Source of the DNA: Balanoglossus misakiensis
Taxonomy: Eukaryota > Animalia > Hemichordata
Direction: 5' to 3'
DNA length: 64,000 nucleotides
Assembly: GCA_040954595.2 (NCBI GenBank)
Contig: CM082598.2
Span: forward strand, 1,984,001-2,048,000
Positions 1-12,691 of the stretch are shown here, piece by piece. Within the stretch, counting starts at the first letter, position 1, and every line of letters begins with the position of its first letter. The translations under genes were made by a program, and so were the position numbers. The notes beneath the pieces were generated by a model, which did no database searches, was not told the origin of the DNA, and was given only the letters and a program-made list of their open reading frames with translations.

Positions 1-854
1 TTTGCATAAAACATTTTAAAAAGGCATTTTCTTTGACTATGAGTTTTGCGTGATATTATGACTGTGGTATGTGACGAATATATCACAGTCACGTGTCGTG
101 TCTCGACCAATAAAATAGCGTGATTTACACCATCAATATACTGGTATAATATAATTGATAATATGCCTTACCTGTGTTCATGATATTAAATGTAGTTAAT
201 CCAAAACAAAGTCCGTCTGTGTCACATGAAGCTTATTTCTTCTCACAACAAATTCTGACTGTCTTTCAAAATATCGGAAAGTGAAAACGGAACTAACTTC
301 TTAATCTACTCACCACTGCTTGTTGAATGCACTGCTGTCTCTGTTATCTTCAACGCAGTTACATCTGATGTCTGTAATTCACACATTTTCTTCCCTGCGG
401 CAATGTAACAGTCCTTCAGTCCTTCACCTCACGACCAGTCGGCGTAGAAACCAAGAAACGCAAACCGAGCAAGAGACGAAAGTGCCAGCGATAGAACGAA
501 CAACCAACAACAGATATGTCTTGTGGGTATATCTCTCCGAGATTTTCAATAGCTTCCAATTTCAAGTGTTCCAAACACCTTATGTGTTATTCAGTCTCAT
601 ACTAAAAATAGCAGATCGCTACTTCAACTTGTTTATCTTCTCTCTGTGGATGTTGTCCAAAAAATTATCGCACCCGCCACACAGAAGTTCACCCTAAACA
701 CCAACACTTATTGTCAAAGTCTGAAAAGTAACAAGAAAAAAATTTCATTAGGACATTCAACAGTTCATATTAAATGTGAATGCATTTGACACTGAAATAT
801 AATGTTGGCTTACCCTGGTTGGCAAACCTCTGAAGTAAAGTGAAACCTGTCTAT

Positions 855-1153
855 TAAAGGGACAAAGTCTCTCTCTCGCTGGCCTTTTTCCATTAATTAT
901 GTTTGATACAAGACACTATTTATGTTAATGTACATGTGGATATATAGTGAATCAACGTTCAACCACACAAAACTTCTATCCCACTTGTATGATATGAGAG
1001 TAAAAACTCAACCAAAATGAATAAATGGTAAAGAACGATTATTCATTTTGGCGAGTTTTTTCACTCTCCTGTCTATAAGAGGGATGGAAGTTGTGTGTGG
1101 TTGAATGCTCATTCACTATATATCCACATGTAGAATAACAAACGGTGTCTTGT
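855..1153. mobile_element. Foldback/MITE-like element with long imperfect inverted repeat
   Basis: Arms about 908-1024 and 1039-1153 are reverse complements, e.g. TACATGTGGATATATAGTGAAT (931-952) vs ATTCACTATATATCCACATGTA (1111-1132). It starts with TTAAAGGGAC, a Kolobok-like TTAA+RR terminus (inference). Confidence 0.7.
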
Positions 1154-2130
1154 CTTAGAGGGTATGAATGATTATGCAAACTTGATAATTTCTTGTTAAG
1201 TTACACCCATCAGGTACTTAACAGGGATGTAGTGATGATTTGATCCAAAAAACTGAAATTTTAGACTGCATCCACAGGAGAGATGCATGTTAAATTTGAT
1301 ACATAATATATTAATAGAATTATTCAACCACTATCTTTTATACATGGTTACTCACTGAAAACAACGTATTCAAACTATTGACAAGATAATCTCTTACACA
1401 ATGCCCACATCAGCTGTTCCTGGCTGAAATACTTCACAATGCATTTAGTACCTTTATCTTCATCAATACGCAACCAACTGAACTATCCTCTTTTCAAGGA
1501 AATCTTTTCACAAAGCGTATCAGGATCTTGCCATCACACGCTGTGCTTGCTTGTCCGGCTTTGAAAACTGAATGCGCACACACCACAAAGAAGTACAATG
1601 TCGTTATATAAGGTTCCTTCTATTCTGGACCTTGGCCTATTCAACCTACCTGATTACTGAAGTATTATGTTTGTGTAGTACCCTACGACAATCGCATATT
1701 TCCACATTTTCCCTTCTTTCTGCACTGCGCACATACGATCGGTATCGACATGTATTACACTTTCATTATGTTGTTCAAGGATTTTTCTTAATTCGCTGAA
1801 CACACTGTTCTATATTAGCTCAATTCTGCTTTCGAGTTTCAACTCAGCTGCGGCCGGCCATTAGATCTGCCCTGTCAATTACTGGTAAACCAGAATAGGT
1901 GTACACGTACGTACATCATGACGTGCTAACACTACCAGCTAGCTATCAGCTTACCTGAGAAACAGTAGTCATTGTGAATGACATAGTCCACTATGGATCA
2001 ACCAATCTAGAAAACCTTCGCAAAAACTAAACCTGCCTTAAATCCTAACAAAATGGCTGCTTGACAGTATACAGAAGACAATTAGTTCATCATGTATGAA
2101 TGTGGGCAACAGCTGCTGATGTACATGTGT

Positions 2131-2204
2131 GCACACACGTGCATGCATGCACGCACGCGTACACACAGGCACACAGACAGACAGACACACACACACACAC
2201 ACAC
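2131..2204. repeat. (CA)n/(CAGA)n microsatellite
   Basis: Direct reading: ...cacacaggcacacagacagacagacacacacacacacacacac. Confidence 0.95.
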
Positions 2205-2478
2205 ATGGACAGTCAAAGCCCAATCTACGAGTCTCATCTCATCAAAACTTACGTCAGCACCCAGTTTTGTGGTCCATTTCAGTGAAAAAAAATTGCCCAA
2301 ACCATTCAGTAGGCCACTTACCATGGACATGACATTAGCTGGCAATAATATTAATACCACGGTTGATAAATACACTACACATTCATGGCTGAGTTATTCA
2401 AATGAACGGGCAATATCATTAAATATAACTGTGTCACCCACATTCTGACTGGTACCAACTAATCAACATGGTGCAACT

Positions 2479-2571
2479 TTAACCCTTTCACCCCTGGTTC
2501 TCTCTTTAGAGGTCCAACATTACCATAGAAAACAATGGGTTTGGACTGAACCATGGTGGTGAAAGGGTTAA
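2479..2571 (+). mobile_element. About 90-bp piggyBac-type MITE (family A)
   Basis: TTAA-CCCTTTCACC ... GGTGAAAGGG-TTAA: terminal inverted repeats with TTAA target site; internal ACCATAGAAAACAATGG shared with the other copies in the window. Confidence 0.85.
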
Positions 2572-4183
2572 ACATACATAAACCATAGCACAGGCTACAT
2601 TAGGCTGCATAAACAACAGAACCAGCACAGTTAGCCTACAACTTACTGTTAGCCAATCAGAAAAGAACACAATCGATTTTGTAATGCAACATGTTTTTTC
2701 AAGGATTCATTACGTACAACTTTCATTGTGAATATAGTGAAAATTTAATATTTCATGATCTGACTAATACTATTATACCAAACATGTTTTTTCCCCTACA
2801 GACTGTTTGGAAGCAATGGCTTAATGTCACGCCCCAAGCAACTGGGATACACTGAGGACTGGCGTATTATCATCTCTTTCAATATTTATCTGTTGTTTTA
2901 ATGAAATCCCACATCAACCACTAAAATGAAAATGAAATTTTGCTGAAAATACTAAATCATTAAATTTGACCAAAAAATGACAATTTGGCATAAATATTGC
3001 ATTGGCGTTTAATACGATGGGTATCATTGCATTTGATAAACAGCTGATACAATAGTGATGTCACGATAGTTTGACACTACCTTGACATCGCGTGGTGATG
3101 GCAGAAATATAACAACAATACATCAATCATCAAACATATGGCACATTCATAATGCAAATTCTCGCTCAACTATTGTTGTTCTGCTTGCCGACTTCCACAA
3201 CAAGTGAAGTACTGTACGGTTCTCTTGCCAAAGCTGCCTCCAAACTCGAATAGCCGTCATTCAACATTTAGCCAAAATTTTTTTCTTGAAATCCTCAAAT
3301 TGACTCAAAGCTTTCAAATAGTTTCTTAGAGGGAACACTGAACCTGTCCTGTCCATTGGAACTGTTAAACTTACGCAATTGTTTATGTCAATATATGTGA
3401 ATGAGATATGTCGATGAGGTGTTAAATTTGCTAACCCAGGCTGGCCTTAGGTTGGCCAAGAGCTGGATCTTTGTAATGTTGGGGTGTATGTCACTTGTCT
3501 ACCATTAAACTACTACACGTATAATCGTCACTCACAAATATAGCACAGCGAGATCTGACCTTGACTTTTTCCCCCCAAAATCATGCATGACTAGCACTCG
3601 ACTTCTCATTGAATCAGGCTTCGTCCAATCAGGAGCTCAATACAGGATGAACTCAAACAAACGAGAAATGGCTGTCGAACAAAGACACAAGAAGGAGGCT
3701 AACTGAAGACTAGGTGCAAACAGCAATCAGACAGACATTGCTTATATAAGCATATAAATGCAGAGCGATTTTCACACAGTACAGACATATCTAGCGTGCA
3801 CTTGAGAGATACCCTTATATGCATTTTAGAATAAACGCAAACCTACCTTCTATAGAAATTTGGGTAACATCACCAACTGGTTTTACAACATTTTTTATGG
3901 TGAAATGCAGTGGTCAATCTTTAGCCATAACATGTTGAATCCCTCAGCATTCAATGTTTGTACGTAGACTGAAGTTTACAATGTGCACCAATATGTCGCA
4001 GAAACAAAGTCGTTGCTCGATAAAATAATGATACACACCGAATTCTGTAGGTACAAAACCAATCGGACTGAACCATTATGTATCCATAGAAAGGGGGTTC
4101 TGGGGTGTTAGGCTAAAATAACATAGAAAATAGGGTTACATATACCTTGATGATCCTGTTAAATATTATTCACCAGGACACCC

Positions 4184-4273
4184 AACCCTTTCACCCCTAT
4201 TTCCTACTATAGAATCCAACTTCACCATAGAAAACAATGGTTTTGGACCGAACCATGGTGGTGAAAGGGTTAA
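4184..4273 (+). mobile_element. piggyBac-type MITE (family A)
   Basis: AACCCTTTCACCCC...CCATAGAAAACAATGG...CCATGGTGGTGAAAGGGTTAA, homologous to 2479-2571. Confidence 0.85.
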
Positions 4274-7200
4274 GGGATCTTACAGTACAAGGCAACTCAA
4301 AATTAAAAATAATTAAGTACAATTTACCTTCGTAACAAAAACCCTGCCAAACAACAACCGCAGTCGACAAAGACTGCACAACACCTGGCTTACCACAGAA
4401 CTTATTCTGAAAACAATTTCACAATATATATACGACATTTGACATTTTCAGTTCAGGATTTATGTAACATCTGCTATATTACGTTATTCCCTGTATCATA
4501 AATTTCAATTGACCTTTGACCGTTTCCCGCACAACAATTACATTTAAATATTTAAACTGGTTATTTCAGACAAAATTACGTACATCATCCCTTCCTTTCA
4601 GTTTTTCAGAATAATTGCAACAATTTGAACCACAGCACAGCGAACACAATAAAAAGGTTTTCATGATTCAGAAACTGATACATTATCTGTGATCTACTAG
4701 TACAATGTACTACTGATTACATATATTTCAATTTATTAACATACGATACCATCCTTACTTAGTGCAGACAAATTACCACTGTTCCCACTCAACTACGAAT
4801 GAAGACATCAATGTAAATGTCATCAGATGACTGTTCTTGGTTTGAGAACATTACCATAGAACCACTGCATCTTTGTCATTTGTTTCAGACCATCAACAGT
4901 TTTCTTTCTAGATGCAGTACCACTATTGTGGTAAATTTCGAAACATCTTAAATCAAATACTAGTAATGATAACATTTACACATGCGTGTCAATTTCATTG
5001 TTCATAGCGGACGGGAAATTATTGATGTTTCTGATGAGAGGCAAATCAGCATTGAAGGTATACAGACATCATTAGTTAATTATCTCAGTTCAATGCGTTA
5101 TTGGTAAATTGAACATGTAAATAGACATTTGAACAAACACTGTGCCATGTTTTAATATTTCAATATAATTCATAAAGGACCCCAGACTTTCACAATTTTT
5201 AATTAAAATAAACATTCACATGATTCTCCTGGATCTTTGATATATTTTAATGGATTGAAAATGCACTTTTTGATAACATGACACAAACACTCAATACTAG
5301 GCTTTTCACACTTTCATATCCACTGTTGTTTTCAAAAAACTGAGTCTGCACTTGCAATCAAGGTGTCGAAGTGGCTATCTGACTTCTTCCTGTGTACGTG
5401 TCGAGGAGACTTTCAAATGACCTTTGACCTGGTTACACCTGGCAAGACAGTTTATACCACCCTCAGTAATCAAGTATACTGATATATTTTATGATTAATT
5501 CACAATTTGTGATACATCTTTAAATTTTACCCAAACCAAAAGTTGAGCTCATCCCAGAATCTCAAAAGTTAATACCCATCCTAAAAATCATCTGCTGTGA
5601 TGCAAGCACACACAAAAAATCCACTGACATAATCAAAAATGGTAAACAAAGTGTATAAAATCTTCCAGAAAATGGCACACCAATGGCTAAAACCAAGAGC
5701 AAAAAAATCTCAATAAATTCAAAATGGCCGCCGATTTCTGTGTTTCCATGGAGAAATGCTACTGTGCTACACACACAGGTCACAAAATGGTCAGATTCTT
5801 GCAGTTTTGGATTAATGAAAATTGCAAAACCAAATCCACCAATATAACTTATAAGAGCAAAATAACAGTTCACTCATCAAAATGAGCTGAATTCTACCTT
5901 AAATGTATGAAATTCACATGTTTAATTTCTGTGACCTTAAAGCTTACAACTAAGGTTTCAGTTTGTGCATAATTTTCCATCATTACAGAGGTCACCAAGT
6001 TGACTTATTCTTGCAGACATTTCAATATGTGTGTCTGTCTATTTGTCTAAAAAATGTTACAATTGGCTGTTTTTAATAAACCACGATCAATATGCTCTAA
6101 ATATTCGGGTATACTTTGCAATGATCACTCGACTAACGTGATTTAAAGTAACCGATTTTGTTGCGATCCGGGTCGGCACCGGAGATCAACGCGTTTGTTA
6201 ATGGAGTAGGCGGTGCTGCCAAGGACACGGCCCGGACCGCACTCTTGGGGCTACAATACTGCCACAAACTAACTCATAAAACACGACAATCATTTTCAAA
6301 AAGATTTGTCGAGCCTTCTTTTCTCTTTCTGGACCGTCAATATTCTGAAATGTACACACCACTTGAAATGGAGCGACGCAGTACATTTCCAATCAGAAAC
6401 ATTTTGGTCGTGCGCGCACCGGCATTCACTACCGACAAAAAAATCACCAAATAACAAGAAAGAAAACGTTTATTTCTAACGAATAAAGCGATTTTATTCT
6501 CTGCAAACTGGCATAGACGAGGTCCGCCATTAATCGAGACTAGCAACACAGCTATGGCGACCATGTTGTTTTGTGAAAGACAGTTTGACCTCCCGTTCAT
6601 TAGCACTGCGGTGCTAACAAACGGTAGAATGTTGACACCCAATCAGTCTGTCTTGTGTTGACCTCAGAAAAACCGCCTCAAATCGCCACTAACTTAAACG
6701 CAAAATAACACCAAGAAACCTAAAAATATCAACAGTTTCACAGGTATGCTTTAATACCCAGGGAAATATATCGATATGGGAGTAAAAAAGAAGTGACAGA
6801 CGCGATAAGTGGCGGGCGTTTTTTTAATGCGACTGTCTGAATGAACGGTACATAATAAAATCAACGTCAGGCGTCTAAAGCATGCATAAACACTTAAGTG
6901 ACCTTGAGAATATTCGTGACCTGAACCATTCAATCACGTATCTATCTTAATTCTACGCACTATACGGACACATCATATATACATCTGGAGAAACCTTAAC
7001 ATCTAATATACAAGATCGCTAAAGAAATCACGGAATACTGTACAAAAATGAGCGGTAAAATTAGTACACCCTGTGTCCTTCACGCCAGGTTTTGATCGCC
7101 TAAGGTTAACACTGAAAATCGCACCAAAATCACCGTGACCTTGTACAAAGAGACACTCGATCATATATATGTGGCAAAACTATGATGTATAAGACAAACG

Positions 7201-7299
7201 ATAGACAGTTCTAAGCACAGGAAATTGACGGGGTACAGCCAAAGAAAGGATATACTTACGAGCAGTCTGAGAGTTTACTTCCTTTGAGGTTCGGGCACC

Positions 7300-7365
7300 A
7301 TCGCCATATTGCTCGGATTTCGATTATTCTCGCAAATTACGAGATCGCGCAAAACACGAGATTTA
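7300..7365. promoter_or_regulatory. CpG-rich promoter segment with YY1-like (CGCCATATT) and TCTCGCGAGA-like half sites
   Basis: TCGCCATATT at 7301-7310; TCTCGCAAATTACGAGATCGCGC at about 7328-7350. Lies between the divergent minus-strand exon and ALKBH4. Confidence 0.4.
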
Positions 7366-8592
7366 TTTACACAGGTCAATAAACATTACGTGTGATACGC
7401 TTTGTTTTGATAGTTTAAGATGCGTCACCGATGTCCAGATAATGGATAAACTAAATAAAAAACAAGACAATACAATACATGTAAGAATTATATTCATTGG
7501 AAGTTCGTCGGCTTTTGCAGAGATGTAATTCAGGGGATCTGACCCGATGAGGACACGGCCGCGGAACACGCGCGAGTCGTGCTTCAAACTTTTACTTTTT
7601 TTAAATTGATAGATGAAGTCACAAATATATCTATGTTTGTAATAAATGACAAGTTATTTTCTTTGTCATTTTTGACGAGAACTTTAATATGACCAAAATC
7701 TGGGGGCTGTATCTATGAAAATCGTGTGAAAGTCCTCCCCGGTAACGCGCATTTTCGGGAAAAAAAGTTTCCTCACACTGAACAGGTCCCGTGAAAGTCA
7801 ATGCAACCTAGATGTACAGTTTTGAATGTGTTACGTTACGCGGGTTTTAATGCATATAATGGTGGTGGGGTTTCACATTGGTGTTCACAAATCTAGGATT
7901 GCAAAGTCCCCAGAGGCTATACACTGTACTCGTGACTACCGATCACGACTACGTGCACTATCATACAACCTACATGCCACACTGTAAATTACATCCGATT
8001 TTTCTATGGCTTTCTTCGCTCTTATGTGCAGGTTTCACTGCAGCACAACAAGTCTTCTTGACGTCATACCTGGTTAATCATTTATTCACCAACAGTGTTA
8101 TACCTCCCAGCAAAATGCCAGGCTATCTGGAGAAAAGGATGTATTTATTTGAATCTTGCGATTGGGGATGAATAAATAATTAATAAAAATTATAAATATT
8201 ATACCACTTGTTGACATCATGATCGAAAAAAGCATTGTGACCATGACTTTTTTGTTCACACATTTATCTGTAACTTCTGGCTTTTCAGTATGGAAATCTT
8301 GACATTTCTCTTAAAAAACACAAAAAGAGATGATTCCTATTAATCGCGATGAAGTTAGGCTCATAAATATAACATTATTGTGGTATTTAGTGCATTTATC
8401 AGATCTTTCGGCCTGTACGATCCTCTGCACGTGCATATTTCAACCAAGCTAGCCAGCCCCGTATAACATTTACTAGCGAGCTGAAAGGTCCTTTATACAG
8501 TGTATGTTACTTCCGGGTTGCAATTGATCACCGAGTGTTTACAAGCTACTGACAGAATAAAGCCGGCTAAATTACACGGTTCCTTGTTCCAA

Positions 8593-9417
8593 ATGGATAT
8601 AACAAAGAGTAACTGTGGATGTAAGGGCGTCCGATCTTGCCTGATCTGTGAAAAGGCCCCAGGAAACAAGCGTACCGTCGGATCTCGCTACGACAAACCC
8701 GAAGAGGTGATGTATTTCTGCACCTTGTGCAATAAAGCTTGGCCCCAGTCCCAGCAACGACACACACATCACATTTCATCAGCCGACGGAGACGCTGTTG
8801 ACTTTCCTGGAGTAGTTATCGTCGAAGACTTTGTGTCGGAAGACGAGGAGTCTGAAATTGTACGCAAGATCGATGAAAGTGAGTGGAAAGTCTCCCAGTC
8901 CGGTCGCTGGAAACAGGACTACGGACCCAAAGTAAACTTCAAAAAGCAGAAAGTCAACCATACTGTCTTCACTGGATTGCCATCTTTCAGCGAAACCCTC
9001 CTGAACAGAATGAACCAATTCGATTGCGTTAAAAACTTTCCGGTAGTTGAACAATGTAACCTAGAGTACCATCCAGAAAGGGGTTCTTCAATAGACCCCC
9101 ACTTCGACGATTTCTGGCTGTGGGGCGAAAGACTCGTGACTGTCAACTTGCTATCTGATACAGTACTCTCTATGACAAAACCGGACTCAAATTTGTGCGT
9201 GGACATATCTCTACCAAGGAGATCCCTAATCGTTCTGTTTGGACCAGCTCGGTTTGAGTGGCTGCATGCCATACACAGAGAAGCTATAACATCAAGACGT
9301 ATTGCCATCACTTTCAGAGAACTGTCGACCGAGTTCAGCGAAGGGGGACCAAAGGCTGATGTTGGGAGTCGATTGATAGACATTGCAAGAAATTTCTCTG
9401 GCACTGTGGTATCCTGA
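8593..9417 (+). CDS. ALKBH4: AlkB homolog 4, Fe(II)/2-oxoglutarate dioxygenase; single coding exon, 274 aa
   Basis: N-terminal CGCKGVRSCLICE Cys cluster; SQSGRWKQDYGPKVNFKK; EQCNLEY; SIDPHFDDFWLWGERLV (HxD); WLHAI; RIAITFREL, all characteristic of ALKBH4. First ATG at 8593 (the ORF track starts at a GTG). ETS-like ACTTCCGG at about 8509; AATAAA at about 9538. Confidence 0.95.
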   Translation: MDITKSNCGCKGVRSCLICEKAPGNKRTVGSRYDKPEEVMYFCTLCNKAWPQSQQRHTHHISSADGDAVDFPGVVIVEDFVSEDEESEIVRKIDESEWKVSQSGRWKQDYGPKVNFKKQKVNHTVFTGLPSFSETLLNRMNQFDCVKNFPVVEQCNLEYHPERGSSIDPHFDDFWLWGERLVTVNLLSDTVLSMTKPDSNLCVDISLPRRSLIVLFGPARFEWLHAIHREAITSRRIAITFRELSTEFSEGGPKADVGSRLIDIARNFSGTVVS

Positions 9418-11909
9418 GTAGTACTACTATACTAACCAAAATAAGATTCAAGCTTATTTACCAACTCAGATATGATCTTCCTTTGCACAAGATGATTATT
9501 TCGAATGATTAAATTGTATTTGTACATATTATACGCAAATAAATATGGTTTTGATGAACATAATTGGCTTTCAGTGATTGTATTTCATGGTTAGTGACAT
9601 TCGTTACCTTGTAGGTAGCATCCGATCGCAGTATGAAAAAGTATGCAACTATGAGCGGAGCTGAACATCGATTAAATAAATTTGAAAGACTGATCTCCTT
9701 TCTGACATTATTATTTTTCTTTGGCTGAATGTATCATACGAATGAAGAAATGATATCAATTCAAAACGATGACCATTACGGCTAAGATAGCAATATTGCA
9801 TAGCGTCCTCTATGGCAAAGTAAGACATTTCTTTCTCACAAAGGAACATTGCATACCGCCCCTATGGCAAAGTAAGACACCCCCCCCACCCCACCCCACG
9901 TAGCCATCAATGCACCTTGATTCCTGTGTCAAGTAGGGCACAAATGAGAGAATAGTCCTTAAAATTTGCTGATTGGTTACTTCTTGCAATGGATTGACCA
10001 ATCAACTAATCACAAAAATTGGAACACGTTCAATACAGATTTCTGATTGGTCAGTTCAATTTGTTTCACACAGAGTGGTGCCAACTTCATTATTTTCAAT
10101 CTGACAGTCAAAGACCCCACAATATTGATTGTTAAAAAAATCGTTTATTTGTTCCTTGGGTGGTTTTGAAGAATGGAGATGTTGCAATATTTCTATCCTA
10201 ATTTTCACTGGTTAACAGAAGACTAGAGAAGTCGCAAGCTGACAAACATATTGCATTCTTTCAAGTAAAACCAGGATTTTCTTATATAGCCACCTGCTCA
10301 TCATTTGATCACCCAGTGTTTAACTTGTTTCCATGGCTACATCTCATTATTTACATGTGTACACCTAAAGATCAACATTGTGTTGATTCGTAAAAAAGCC
10401 AGACATTTTTTTTATGGTAAATCTTTACACTATTGTATGTACAGAGTGTACAACAGAAAAGATAATGTTTATATTTAGAAAAAAGTTAACCCCCATTCAA
10501 TACAACTATTTGATACAATCCTATTGTTTTAAATGGTGCAGATGGACCTGCACACTCGGAATAGGGGTGGTGACATGATTTGTGATGATTTGGCTAACTG
10601 TACATACACAAAACAAGATTCTTGTGATGTTTTGCTTTCAATTGTAAATTTGTTTTTCCCAGTGAAATTACATTTACTGTCAATTATGGATAACGTTTAA
10701 AATAATTATTGAAGGATTTCAGAATAAAGTGAAATTAGCTGCAACTGTTACCATCTAAAATGGGTAGTCAACGAAAATCTGATTTTTTCAACTAATTCTC
10801 AAAAGATTCTGTACACTGGTGAGTTTTATGCACACACATACAAACATTACTTTGAGGTAAAAACACATTGAGAGAACCACCAACAATCACACATCATTGA
10901 TTCCCCCTCCATCTTTACCCACCAAAGTCTTAAGGAGACTGTAGCTGAGCTAACGACCTATGCAAGCAGACAATGTTATCCCCATACCCAGAACACTACC
11001 CTCCCCCTCTCCAAGAGATGGTGAAAAACAGCAACATGCAAACTCAAGTGCCTTTACAAAAAATCTCTCCTGTTTATTCAAAAGCTAGGATAACGAATTT
11101 GCTCAGTTATTGCGATTAGAAAAATGGAAAGACATAGTGAGCGGCTTAATTAAACAGAAGGCGTGGGTAGGAAGCACACTGGAGAAATCAAAATAAAAAC
11201 AATGAAACCAATACAACAGACCAATGAAAGCTGGTCGCTGTAATTACTGTAGCAACTGACTGTGGAAACGTTTTTTTGTTGTTCTCAGTGGACAGTGGAT
11301 TAATTTGCAGTGATCTTCAATGAAATACCATTTTCTGTAAAATTGCAGGCACGTGTAAGGTCCTTAATCAAAAAATTAAAATTAAAATTATGAAAAAGAT
11401 TAAAGTAAATACAGAAACTGCCACTTTTGAAGTGTAAATGAAAGGCCAAGAGGTGAATGCAAAGCTGCTTCGAGGAAAATTGGTGAAACTGCACAAGCTC
11501 TGAATTTCAACTTGGTGAACACAGGATTATGTTGGCTAAACCTCCCAAATAACCACAGACTGCCGAACTGTCATTTGCAATATTCTAAGCTCACACATTT
11601 CTTGGCTGTTGAAATAAAGAACTTGTGAGTTTTCTCCACTAAAATGCTCAGTAAGTTTGACAATAAAAGACATGCATTCATTGTCTTCTTGATGAAGAAA
11701 GAAATATACAACTTGCAGAGAATATTTCGTCATTACTGTACCGGTAGTACCCAAACTGTGATGACATCACAGCGTATACTGATGACATGGCATAATATTG
11801 TGTAAACAGACCAGCTGCCTCCACAAGTCTCATCTCAGGGATGTTTGAAACGAGCAGAGTTTTGTTGCATGAACCCTGAACTGCAAAGAGCCCAGAAAGA
11901 ATTTGAGAT

Positions 11910-12001
11910 TTAACCCTTTCACCACCATGGTTTGACCCAAATCCATTGTTTTCTATGGTAAAGTTGGACCTCTATACAGGCAATAGGGGTGAAAGGGTTA
12001 A
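11910..12001 (-). mobile_element. piggyBac-type MITE (family A), reverse orientation
   Basis: TTAACCCTTTCACCACCATGG...CCATTGTTTTCTATGGT...GGGGTGAAAGGGTTAA. Confidence 0.85.
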
Positions 12002-12669
12002 GAGTTCCAAGTTGTTTGACTACCGGTAGTTGTTGGACTACTGCATGCAGTCAGTACTCTGGAAAAAGCATAACGTTAAACAAATACACGCCAGTAACAT
12101 GTACATATAGAAGCATGCATATTTTTATGGCTGTTTTATGCACATTTTGTTTGTACTGTAGTGGATTCGAATTCTGGGTGACACCTGTTGCTATGTTCTC
12201 ATGAATTGTATGTCAATACTTCGATGGTATTTTTGATATGCACCATAAATTACGTCGTTGAAAAATTGACATGTTTGTATGGAGCATACAAAGAGTTGAG
12301 AGTTGGAATACTGAATTACACCACTGTGCTAGCAATCTCCTATCAATTCTGTGCCAATCTGTGCATAAAACAGCCAGCAAATGACCAGATTCAAAAAGAA
12401 AGTTTTCATTACATTAGTTCTAAATATTGTAATCTAGAGTCTGTGATAAGATTCTGTGATATAATCCCAAGATACTTGCTCACTTTGAAAAAAGTACACA
12501 GCAGAATAACATTGTTTATAAAATATAAAATATAGCATTGATATCACTGTGAGAACTACAAACTATGCACCAAACCACGTCTCAATCAACTTCCCCAACC
12601 ATTCCCCTTATAGTAGTTTTCTGAACCCCCCTCTCAAGTTGCAGTAAATTCTGCAGGGCTTTTACTGGA

Positions 12670-12691
12670 CCCCCCCCCCCCCCCCCCCCCC
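12670..12691. repeat. Poly-C tract of about 22 nt (poly-G on the minus strand)
   Basis: Direct reading. Confidence 0.9.

Larger units (their letters stand above)
172..7320 (-). other. Putative 5' end (mostly UTR exons) of an unidentified minus-strand gene that continues off the left edge
   Basis: CpG-rich promoter-like region near 7300, followed on the minus strand by donor C|GTAAGT (exon end 7260). A candidate exon 720..172 has a pyrimidine-rich acceptor (TTTTCAG at 723-721) and donor CAG|GTAAGG, and ends in ATG AAC ACA G (181-172). No recognisable protein. Confidence 0.3.

Noticed and set aside
1380-1865. Minus-strand stretch with coding-like composition (possible decayed transposase or pseudogene)
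   Set aside because: Stops in all frames and no motif that I can recognise; needs a tBLASTx/HMM search.
2038-2448. Cluster of ORFs rich in CV/HT dipeptides
   Set aside because: Translation of the (CA)n microsatellite.
6158-6642. Overlapping 98-101 aa ORFs in a CpG-rich block
   Set aside because: Non-ATG starts and no homology; better explained as promoter/UTR sequence.
8567-9404. Minus-strand ORFs inside ALKBH4
   Set aside because: Antisense shadows of the real CDS.
9795-9879. Short direct repeat (ATTGCATA...CTATGGCAAAGTAAGACA x2)
   Set aside because: Ordinary local duplication with no further structure.
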